This document shows positions 21,645 through 31,329 of a DNA stretch of 50,912 bases, piece after piece (the first letter of the stretch is position 1; every line of letters starts with the position of its first letter). The stretch lies in the NCBI GenBank assembly GCA_030167865.1, contig JALAGF010006032.1, forward strand, positions 1 to 50,912, read 5' to 3'. The notes below the pieces were generated by a model. It was not told the DNA's origin, made no database searches, and was given only the letters and a program-made list of their open reading frames with translations. The position numbers were made by a program, and so were the translations under genes. This DNA is from Craspedostauros australis (Eukaryota).

Positions 21645-22770
21645 AATTGGGTGTCAGCACGAGTAGTCGTACGAGAAAAGGCGATACAAGCGACGTTGTC
21701 ACATGATACATAATCAGCCTACTTCTATCAGTAGCGTAGATGGATGAAGTACGAGCACTCGTGTTCCTCGAGTCTCTCTCTAGAGTACCTCCATGCTTCG
21801 CAGACAACACAACCAGCGCACCATGGCTTCTAATCGTGTGGTAGCAGGCCATGGCCCATTCATCTCTCCATCCTCTTTGCGTTGTGATGAGGGAGGAGGC
21901 CAACCACACCTGTCGCTGGACGGCAGAATCAGATCGCCCAGAGCAGATCGCGCCATTGCCACAAGGAGATGCGAGACGGATGGAAGTGCCTCTCCTGTCG
22001 GGCCCTTGGCGCCTTTTGCATCCGCTGCGTCGAAAGACGGCGCTTTTCGCGCCACAAACAACGAGTTCGCAGAAACACACACAATGTGGCGAGTTCGCAT
22101 TTCAGTGATGGAAAGAACATCGGTTTGCATCAACGCGAACCAAGTTCGGCCTGTGTTTCGTGTACTATACGACATACATTTCGACTGGGCGTGACACCTT
22201 TCACAGTTTGACGCGATCCCAAACAGCCGTTAAGAACATCATTGTTCAACTTCTAGCCTCGGTTGGCTGACAGACACTCGCGATTCCCATCACTTTTTGG
22301 TCTCCCAACAAACCGCAACACAAACAAAGGCATTGGAAGATCGTCGACATCGAATCCAACGATTCTCACCTCCGCACACACTCGCAGAGGCCAACAGAGG
22401 AGGCCATCACATCACCTCGCAGGTGAACACCTCCATTCACCAGCACCCCCGATCGCGCCACACCAACAAGCGTCCTTCCTTTTGTTGTTTGACTGCGAAC
22501 CACAACATCGGCGCTGCACTAGCCTCTACTCCATTACAATATCCGACTATTCTATTATAATACGGCCGACGTGTGTCCTGCCATCCCCGAACGAGTAGAT
22601 CGTACTGCACGAGCTTGGCTCCTGTCCGACACTGTCTCACCTCCCAACACAACACGATCTTCAGGTGCCAGCATACGCATCAGTACCATTTTAGTACCAT
22701 AATAGTATCCACAGAAACGAAAGCGACGCACATCAAAGCAACGCAAAGCCAGACGAATCAAAACGAAACG

Positions 22771-24984
22771 ATGAGGTTCACCAGCATCAGTCTCCTCGCC
22801 ATCATCGCTGCCTCGTGCAGCTCCGCCATTCAAGGCATCGATGCTTTCTCACCGAAGGCATCCTTCACGGCGTCTTCGTCGTCGACCTTCGTCTCTGCTT
22901 CAACACCCTCCTCTTTGTTCGCAGCCAAGAAGAGCGGCGACGCTCCAGGCCTGGCCAAGGTCTTCGATGCCAAGGAGTCCACCGAGAGCAGGCTCGAGCA
23001 GTACAAGCGAGAGCACGCGTATTCCATCGCCAATCCGGAACAATTCTGGTCCGAAAAGGCCAAGGAGCATCTGGACTGGTTCCGTCCCTTCGACGACCGT
23101 TGCGTGTTGCAGGGATCCTTGGATCAGGGTGACGTGCGCTGGTTCGCTGGCGGCAAGCTCAACATGTCCTACAACTGTCTGGACCGTCACATCAACGCAG
23201 GCAGGGGCAATGAAATTGCCATGATTTGGGAGGGCGACGAACCCTCCGACATACGCAAGATCACCTACAACCAGCTCCTTCAGAAAGTGAGTCAGATTGC
23301 CAACGCCTTGCAGACCCAGGGCGTGCAGAAGGGCGACATCGTCACCATCTACATGCCCATGATCCCAGAGCTGGCCATGTGCATGATGGCGTGTTCCAGA
23401 ATCGGTGCTGTGCATTCTGTCGTCTTCGCTGGCTTCTCTGCAGAGGCACTGGCCCAGCGCATCTCGGCCGCTCAGTCGAAGGTTGTCATCACGGCGGACA
23501 TCGGCAAGCGAGGTGGCAAGACCATCGCGCTGAAGCCCATCGTCAACGAGGCGCTGCAGAAGATGGACTGCAATTCCATCTGCCAGCACGTCATGGTGTG
23601 GGAGCGATTCTACGACCCGAAGACGGCAGCGGACGACTACAAGGTCGATTACGAAACCACCTCCAAGGACGTTCGCATGGATCCGCTCGTTGCCAAGATG
23701 CGCCCCTACTGCCCGCCTGTCGAGCTCGATGCGGAGGACTCCCTCTTCATCCTCTACACGTCGGGATCCACTGGTCAGCCAAAGGGATTGTTGCACACCA
23801 CCGGAGGCTACGCGTTGTACGCAAAGATGACCACCCAGACAACTTTCGATCTGCAGCCGGGTGACATCTTCGCCTGCGTCGCCGACTGCGGATGGATCAC
23901 GGGACACACCTACGTGGTCTACGGCCCATTGCTGAATGGCGGCACCACCTTCCTCTTCGAATCCACGCCCGTCTACCCTAACGAAGGTCGGTACTGGGAC
24001 ATGGTGCAGCGACACAAGATCACGCAGTTCTACACGGCGCCCACTGCCATCCGTCTGCTCATGCGCTACGGCAGCGCAGCCGTCGAAAAGTACGATCTCA
24101 GCTCGTTGCGCATTCTGGGCAGCGTCGGCGAGCCCATCAACCCGGAGGCGTGGCGATGGTACTACGAGGTGGTCGGTCGCAGCGAATGCACCGTGGTCGA
24201 CACCTACTGGCAGACGGAGACGGGCGGTCACGTCATCACCAACCTGCCGGGCGTCACACCCATGAAGCCAGGATCCTGCACGCTGCCATTCTACGGAATT
24301 GACACAGTGGTGCTGGATGCGCAGGATGGCCATGTCCTGGAGTTGTCGGAGCGTGGCAGCGACGGCGACGAGGATGGTGACGACGGTGCCGTCGAACAGG
24401 TCGAAGGCGTGATGGCCATCCGTCAGCCGTGGCCTGGCATGGCACGCACCTGTCTCGGCGATCACGAGCGATTCCTCACAGTGTACTACAAACCGTATCC
24501 CGGATTCTACTTCACGGGAGACTCCGTCATGAAGGACAAGGATGGGTACCATTTCATCATTGGGCGCATGGACGACGTGCTGAACGTCAGCGGACATCGC
24601 ATTGGAACGGCCGAGGTGGAATCCGCCCTGGTCAACCACCCCGCAGTCGCCCAGGCGGCCGTTGTCGGTCGTCCGCACGAGATTAAGGGGCAGTCCATCT
24701 GCGCGTTCTGCATGTTGAAGGTCGGGTACGAAGAGAACGACGATCTGCGGCAGGAGCTCCGCATGGAGGTCCGCAAGGACATGGGCGCCTTCTGTACGCC
24801 AGATATGATCGTCATTGCCCCGTCGCTGCCGATGACGCGGTCCGGAAAGATCATGCGACGCATCCTGCGCAAGATCGTGTGCGATGAAACTGACTCGCTG
24901 GGTGACACCAGCACGCTGGCGGATCCATCCATCGTCGACACCCTCATCGCCATGGTCAAACCCCGTGGTTCATCCAAGAAATAA
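22771..24984 (+). CDS. ACS: Acetyl-CoA synthetase (AMP-forming), plastid-targeted (~737 aa)
   Basis: Motifs WFAGGKLNMSYNCLDRH, IYMPMIPE, HSVVFAGFS, FILYTSGSTGQPKG, ADCGWITGHTY, LGSVGEPINPEAW, VDTYWQTETGG, GRMDDVLNVSGHRIGTAEVE, TRSGKIMRR. N-terminal signal peptide MRFTSISLLAIIAASCSS...IDAF, followed by a Ser-rich transit peptide. Confidence 0.96.
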   Translation: MRFTSISLLAIIAASCSSAIQGIDAFSPKASFTASSSSTFVSASTPSSLFAAKKSGDAPGLAKVFDAKESTESRLEQYKREHAYSIANPEQFWSEKAKEHLDWFRPFDDRCVLQGSLDQGDVRWFAGGKLNMSYNCLDRHINAGRGNEIAMIWEGDEPSDIRKITYNQLLQKVSQIANALQTQGVQKGDIVTIYMPMIPELAMCMMACSRIGAVHSVVFAGFSAEALAQRISAAQSKVVITADIGKRGGKTIALKPIVNEALQKMDCNSICQHVMVWERFYDPKTAADDYKVDYETTSKDVRMDPLVAKMRPYCPPVELDAEDSLFILYTSGSTGQPKGLLHTTGGYALYAKMTTQTTFDLQPGDIFACVADCGWITGHTYVVYGPLLNGGTTFLFESTPVYPNEGRYWDMVQRHKITQFYTAPTAIRLLMRYGSAAVEKYDLSSLRILGSVGEPINPEAWRWYYEVVGRSECTVVDTYWQTETGGHVITNLPGVTPMKPGSCTLPFYGIDTVVLDAQDGHVLELSERGSDGDEDGDDGAVEQVEGVMAIRQPWPGMARTCLGDHERFLTVYYKPYPGFYFTGDSVMKDKDGYHFIIGRMDDVLNVSGHRIGTAEVESALVNHPAVAQAAVVGRPHEIKGQSICAFCMLKVGYEENDDLRQELRMEVRKDMGAFCTPDMIVIAPSLPMTRSGKIMRRILRKIVCDETDSLGDTSTLADPSIVDTLIAMVKPRGSSKK

Positions 24985-25410
24985 TAAATTACAATATATA
25001 ATAGCACATTGCATTGCGGTGCATTGCATTTCGATATATTGAATGACAGAGGAGTAGCATCCGTAGAGTATGGTACCTTCGAGTGTGCTGGTGCGAGTGG
25101 AGAGAGAGATAGAGAGAGCATTCTCGCTCCAAGTCGGTGTACTATCTTGGGACAACAAAATGTCTGGCCGCCGTGCGCAATCCATGGGATACACGGTAAT
25201 CAGGATTAAATATCACTATTGCTGCGCGCAAAAAGAGGGAGGAAACAAGAACGACCAAGACAAGCACGACAAGAGAGAGAACAGACACAATTCAGCACCA
25301 CCATAATACTATTATTATTATTATTATTCTATACTAGTATACGACTACTCACAATATAGTACCGCGACCACCAACCTGACGCAAATAAAGCAACGCAGAG
25401 GATCGCTGCC

Positions 25411-25851
25411 ATGCCGATTTACGAACGCAAGAGGAGCAGTCCATTGGACGATGATGCCATGGCATCGAACGGTGAAGGCGGATCCATCCTCCAGAATCAG
25501 CAGGGTCCGTCGAGCGGCCCTGCGTACAAATCCACGGAAACCTCTTTGACTTCGCCGCTGCTGGAATCAGCATCATCGTTGTCGCAGCTGGAGAATGGCC
25601 ACGCTGATCCCGAGGATCCCGCCCAGAACGCGGAGGCGAACAGGAGCGACGTGGTGGAAGAGAGCCACACGAGGTCTCTGCTGAAGGGCATTTCATGGCG
25701 ATTAGTGGCCACCACCACGACGATCATCGTGTCGTTCCTCATCACCAACGGAGAGGTCGCCACTGCATTGAAGATCGGCGCCGCTGAATTCTTCGCCAAG
25801 CTGGCGATCTACTACGCCCATGAGCGCATCTGGGCCAAGATTCGGATTTAG
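25411..25851 (+). CDS. Small membrane protein with C-terminal DUF2061 domain (146 aa)
   Basis: ESHTRSLLKGISWRLVATTTTIIVSFLIT...ALKIGAAEFFAKLAIYYAHERIWAKI matches the DUF2061 pattern (RS..K..SWR...YY.HER.W). The N-terminus is disordered. Confidence 0.85.
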   Translation: MPIYERKRSSPLDDDAMASNGEGGSILQNQQGPSSGPAYKSTETSLTSPLLESASSLSQLENGHADPEDPAQNAEANRSDVVEESHTRSLLKGISWRLVATTTTIIVSFLITNGEVATALKIGAAEFFAKLAIYYAHERIWAKIRI

Positions 25852-25889
25852 ATTGGGGTGTGTGTGGAGGATGGTGCCATACGAGGAAG

Positions 25890-25982
25890 AGTACAACTAG
25901 CAGTACAACTAGCAGTACAACTCGCAGTACAACTAGCAGTACAACTAGCAGTACAACTAGCAGTGCGACCAGCAGTACGAGC
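25890..25982. repeat. 12-bp minisatellite (AGTACAACTAGC) x ~6 plus degenerate copies, just 3' of the DUF2061 gene
   Basis: agtacaactagc agtacaactagc agtacaactcgc agtacaactagc agtacaactagc agtacaactagc agtgcgaccagc agtacgagc. Confidence 0.9.
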
Positions 25983-26529
25983 ACTCGCCACGTTGGATCT
26001 TCATGCAGCAAGGCTCTCGCGCTGCCTTCCGAGGTCGCACTGGATGTATGGGAAATTGCGATCCAACGACACCATCAGTCCGAGCCCATGCAAGCACGCT
26101 GTGTCCCTCCGCATGCTCTACGATTGCGCAGATACAATTCGGACTACTCAACGAGCATATCCGTAGCTCGCAGAGTACTCCATTCCATTCCATGCTGAGC
26201 TTTTGCACCAACTGTTACATCTGGTAGCTCGCGCATTGCACGAATGATCTGCCCTTGCGTAGCAATGGCTTTTTGAGGGTGGTGGCAGGCATCGGGCCTG
26301 AGGTCTACTGGTACACTGCCAACACGCGCAGCCCTGAGCGAAGAGGAAGACAGGATTGAGACATCGATGATGGCAGCATGTTCGTTGATATTACCGTACT
26401 TTAGACATGCTGTACACTTGTTTGGAGTGGTGCGTACTGCATATTGCAAGTTTACTTCGTGCTGCGGATTTCGTCACTGCGTGTGCGTGTGTTCACAAAG
26501 GCGTGCGTTGAGTATTTCGCATTTCATAT

Positions 26530-29011
26530 TTAATGCGACGACATGCCAACAGCACCCTTGAATGCTTCATCCATGACTTCGGAGAGGGTTGGATGCGTGT
26601 GGACCATCATGGACAGCTCCTTGACGGTGGTGCCAGCCGCGACGGCGTTGGCGCATTCCTGAATCAGGTCGGCAGCATGAAGTCCGATGATGTGGACGGC
26701 GACGACCTTGCCGGTCTCCTTGTTGAAGAGGACCTTGGCCATACCGTTGCCTTCGCCCTCGGCCAATGCTTTGGAGTTCGCTCGGAAGCTGCCCATGGAC
26801 TTGCCCAGCGTCCAGCCTTCCTTCTCGGCGCGTTCGATGGCCTGCTCTTCCGTGGGTCCCACCATGGAGATCTCTGGGTGGGTGAAGCAGGCGGCAGGAA
26901 CGGAATCGTGATCGACGGCGTGCTCGCGTCCGCAGATGTTCTCGATGGCGGAAATGCCCTGCGCGGAGGCGGCATGGGCGAGCATCATCTTGCCGTTGGC
27001 ATCCCCGATGCAGTAGACGTTTGGGATGACCTCTCCGTCCTCGTGCTTGGTGAGGACCTCCATCTTCTCGTTGACGGCAACGAAACCACGCTGGGTTTCG
27101 ATGCCGGCATCCTCGAGTCCCATGTTGTTGGTGTTGGGGACGCGGCCGGTGGCGACCATGGCGGCATCGACCTCGATGGTCTCAACATGCTCCCTTGTGT
27201 CAGGAGGTGCGGGGAGAGGGATGAAGGAGAGAGAACAGAAAAGTGACAGCGTGATTGTGGAATATCATGTCGTTGTTCGAATGTGCGAGCGGGAGACAAC
27301 GTGAGTGATGTGTCATTTGCATGCGACGATCGTGATGGAATCAACTGCCAAGCAAAGAGGAACGGAGGGAACACGACGCACTGCATTGTGCTGTAGCAAA
27401 CTCCCCGTTGACAAGCAAATGGAAGCGTCGGCAGCCTCAACGCGCGCATCGCCGACAACTCACTTGGTATCGGCATCGATCATCTTGATGGTGACTGGCT
27501 TCTCTCCTGGAATACCTGGAATAACTTCGGAAGCAAAGACGTTTGTGCGGAAATCGATGGGTCGGTCGCGGATGAGGAGACGTTCGGCCTGCTTGGCGAT
27601 CTCGCGATCGAAGGTTGGCATGAGCTGCGGCAAAGCCTCGATGAAGGTGACCTCGGAACCGAGAGCCGTGTAAACATCGCTGAACTCGAGGCCGATGTAA
27701 CCCGAACCGATGATGGCCACCCATTCGGGGACGAACTTGAGCTGCAGGGCGCCGTCGGATGTGTAGACGGTCTCCTCGTCGACCTGGACGCCTGGTGGGA
27801 CGAACGGGATGGAGCCTGGAGCGAGGATGATGTTCTGTAATTGTCGATATGGTACGGCGTGGTATGGTATAGTATGATGTGGAATGGTGTGGTATGTGTT
27901 GCAAGTTGCGTTATTGTGTGCGAGGCGCGAGGGTGGAACACACATGGTGGGACGAAGAGGTGTGCCATGCATCCAAGCCATCACACCAGCGGATTCAACG
28001 CGCCCACCCCGGCAACCAGGTGCGTATGGGAGATTCGATCCATTGATTTGTTGTTGATATGCAATCCACCATCGGATTGATCACAAGATTGGCATTTCAT
28101 TTGATTGGTGATGTTGGTGTATGTTGTCGATGTGTTTTGCATCCGCAGATCAATGTACGCATCATGTCGAGGCCAGACCAATGGAATGGCAGATCAACCA
28201 ACAACGGTGAGTTTCGACCGGACAATACCATGCAATGGCGCATCGATGGATTTGTGTGGGTTCGACGATGCATGTATTCATCGATATTGTGTTGAATTGG
28301 AATGATTGGAACCAAGGTAATGTGAGGCATGGTACGAGTATGGTCCATAGTGCTTGTTGACAATTATTTGGAAAAAGACAATAGTAGGGCAGCATAGAGT
28401 AACAGGATCCAGAATGACCGCATATGGCACCACAACACAGCACAGCACAACACAGAATGGAGACCAGAATGACGCACCTTGGCAGTGAAGACCTTTCCTG
28501 TAGCCTGATCCTTGACCTCATGTGGATTGCCGGTGAGCATACCACGTCCCTCGACGACATCTACGCCGAGACCCGTGAGGGAGTTGGCGAGGTTGCCCTG
28601 AATCCTGGAGGCCAGGTTGGAGGCGTGGTTGGCGATGCCCTCGCGATCGTAGGTGATCTTGCCATCCACCTGGATGCCCAGGCTGGAGAGATGGTCTGCG
28701 TTCTGCATTTCGCGCACGCGACCAGAGGCTGCGAGCAAGGCCTTGCTGGGGACGCATCCACGGTTGACGCAGGTCCCGCCGACATCGCCGCCCGCGAAGA
28801 CGACCGTGCTGAGGTCCTGTGCGCGGCTGTGCAAGGCGGCACCATGTCCGCCGACGCCGCAGCCGATGATGGCAACGTCAAAATCGAATTCGCTGCTGGA
28901 TTCTTCGGCGCGCAGCAGGGTTGCGCGACGGTGGTGCTGATGGGTTGGCGCGAAGGCGGAGGCGCAGCCAAGGGTGGCCAGGAACAGGATGGCTGTGGAA
29001 GAGGTTCTCAT
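26530..29011 (-). CDS. LPD: Plastid dihydrolipoamide dehydrogenase (E3 of pyruvate dehydrogenase); exons 29011-28478, 27834-27464, 27193-26530 (~522 aa)
   Basis: FAD motif [11 protein letters not shown]; redox disulfide [16 protein letters not shown] motif [21 protein letters not shown]...[24 protein letters not shown]. The N-terminal signal peptide carries an exact ASAFAP motif. Introns 28477-27835 (GTGCGT..TACAG, phase 0) and 27463-27194 (GTGAGT..CAAG, phase 2) restore the frame. Confidence 0.96.
27194..27463 (-). other. LPD intron 2 (270 bp)
   Basis: AA|GTGAGT ... CACAAG|G joins [23 protein letters not shown]. Confidence 0.88.
27835..28477 (-). other. LPD intron 1 (643 bp)
   Basis: AAG|GTGCGT ... 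TTACAG|AAC joins [12 protein letters not shown]. Confidence 0.88.
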
Positions 29012-29178
29012 CTTGTGCTATCGCTACGGGTACTTTTAGTGGGGTATGGTGCAGTTCTTCAATGCTGTTGATGTGCGAGTGTGTGTCCGTTCTTTTGTAT
29101 GACGAGCTATTGGTACGAATGTGAACGCAAAAGCGGGTTCGTCGATGTTGTTGTCCTGGGAGGTAGCTGGTGGTGTTC

Positions 29179-29255
29179 AACTAAACTAAACTGAACTCAA
29201 GTCAAGTCAAGTCAAGTCAAGTCAACTCAATGAATCCAATCCAATCCAATCCAAT
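29179..29255. repeat. Compound pentanucleotide microsatellite upstream of LPD
   Basis: aacta aacta aactg aactc (aagtc)x5 aactc aatg (aatcc)x4 aat. Confidence 0.9.
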
Positions 29256-30810
29256 GTTGATCGGTGTTTGGTAGAGTGATGGGCGGGTTCTTTGGATGAT
29301 GATTGCTGATGGATCGGTGTCGTTTCTACGTTGGATGGTCTTTTCGCTCGGATTATAGATATTGGCAAGGCCGTTGGCAGTGAGGCAAAGGTGATGGTGA
29401 TGTTGATGTTGGAGGTGTCGACGATGATGCTCACAACGAAGATGGCGACGATGACAGAGACGGAGACAAAGAAGCGGTCGATGATGTCAACGAGAGGAAG
29501 AGCCTGGGAGATGCCTGGTTGTTTGATTGCGTTGACTGATTGGCTGTCTTGGGTGATTGATTGATGGCGTCGCCGCAACACGCGTGAGAAGAGATGCGGT
29601 TGTGCGCCATCGTTGATGTGTGCCTTCTTCCAGCTCGTCACGAAGATACGCACGTGTTCAGAGTCCGACCGCCGACCGCCGATCAAATCAAAAGATACCA
29701 GCCGATCCACTCGACTGAGAGTGCTTCACAATAATCAGTCCCGAGACAGAGCGAAAAAATTGAAACACACGTTCAGTAACGTCAAGTTAACAGCAGAAGC
29801 AACAAAGCGTTAGAGCGAGGATGAAGAAGCAGGACGTACTATCAGTACGGTGTGGTAGTTGTATGTTACGATGCAAGCATGGCACCGCACAATCAAGAGG
29901 ACCAAGACTTGCGATCAATAATATGTTTAATGTAATATAATACGATCTAGTATACTTACTCTAGCATTCGATCCCCGGAGGTGCGAGGAGGACGGGTGTC
30001 TGTTCATGCCGAAACATCGGCACACCATCGGGAGATCATCTTCCAATGAGCCTTGTGTCGCGATGGCTAAAATCTCGATGGCATCATGAAATCGGAAAAA
30101 CAGCCCGTTCCCAAGATTGAGCCGACGCTTTTGAACGTTTGTTCGTCAGCATGTCCGCTTGCGAGGAACGAAATGAACTGTCAGCCAACTCGCACCGTCA
30201 AAACTTGAAAACCAACACTCAAATGCAGACACCAATGAAATGGATTGGAATGGAGTTGTCCGATTCGGCCGGTGGAGTAGTCGTAAGCTGCTATTTCCCA
30301 CGCATGGAGGTATAGTATATGGAGGACAACTCCAAGTAATGTACTTACAAGAGCAAGAGTGCACTTGCTCAATGTCGCCAATCATAGAGCATGAGTATAG
30401 TACTGTGCTCTACTATGATAGTACCGTACTATCCTAGCATGTTACTCTGCCCTTTTGTTGAGAATCGTTTTGTTTCAGCTCATTGGCATTTGATTCGTTC
30501 GATTATATTTTTGTGAAATTCATGTGCCAACGAATGAAGACATGTCCGGCGTGTTCGTTTGTGCAGTGAAATATTGAAGTTTATTCAAGAATGAATAAAG
30601 TAATAGGTCCGGCGCCAACTTGTTTGCAATCGCCGAGATGGAGAGATCGTTCAGCGATCACCACCGCGGCGACACCAAGATTGACTCGCCCAGTCCATTG
30701 TGGGACAGACGGCCCGCACAACCCATCTTTCTTGCCACAACATCGGACCAAGCAGAACGAAGGGCTGGGCGACGACTGTCTTGCTTTTCAGAAGTTCATT
30801 CCCTCCCCTT

Positions 30811-30900
30811 TCCTGACTTCATCTCCTGACTCCATCTCCTGACTTCATCTCCTGACTCCATCTCCTGACTTCATCTCCTGACTTCGTCTCCTGACTTCAC
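30811..30900. repeat. 13-bp minisatellite TCCTGACT(T/C)CATC x7, ~430 bp upstream of the IQ-repeat gene
   Basis: tcctgacttcatc tcctgactccatc tcctgacttcatc tcctgactccatc tcctgacttcatc tcctgacttcgtc tcctgacttcac. Confidence 0.92.
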
Positions 30901-31329
30901 AACACCAACGAGGACAACGAAAGCAGCTGGAGCGCATCCGCAACGGCACCTCGCAAGGCAACGTAACGCAGGAGATTGTGAACGTCGAAACGTGCCGAAC
31001 TGCTCTCCATTGATCCCAACAGACAGAGAGAGCAGATCGTATCCCATCCACTTTGCAGCATCGAACCAGGATTCTGCTCTGCCTCGAGGAGATCGTTTCG
31101 TCGAACGTGAGGTGCGGCGTTGCTCACAAAAAGCGCCCACGCCGCTGCAGGAGCATTTGGAGTGCGCTGCGGTGGAGTTCGGCAGAGGTGCGACGGTGGC
31201 CATAGCAACTGCGTCTTGGTCCTTCGTGATATTCTCGTGATATTCTCGCGACAGCTCTCAAGGCCATCATCAGATTTGCCATCAGTCCCAAGTTTCATAT
31301 CCAAGTCTCAGCATTAACTGGGCGCCACC

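Noticed and set aside
22573..22770. 66-aa N-terminal extension of the ACS ORF
   Set aside because: It starts at a non-ATG codon, and the ATG at 22771 begins a clean signal peptide.
22900..24678. 592-aa minus-strand ORF
   Set aside because: It is the antisense shadow of the GC3-rich ACS gene and has no domain of its own.
25742..26198. ORFs with VQLA, STTS or LVVL repeats
   Set aside because: These are three readings of the 12-bp minisatellite, not independent genes.
25890..30900. 12-bp and 13-bp tandem arrays as CRISPR or telomeric repeats
   Set aside because: The units are contiguous with no spacers, there are no cas genes, the context is eukaryotic, and they are not TTAGGG-like.
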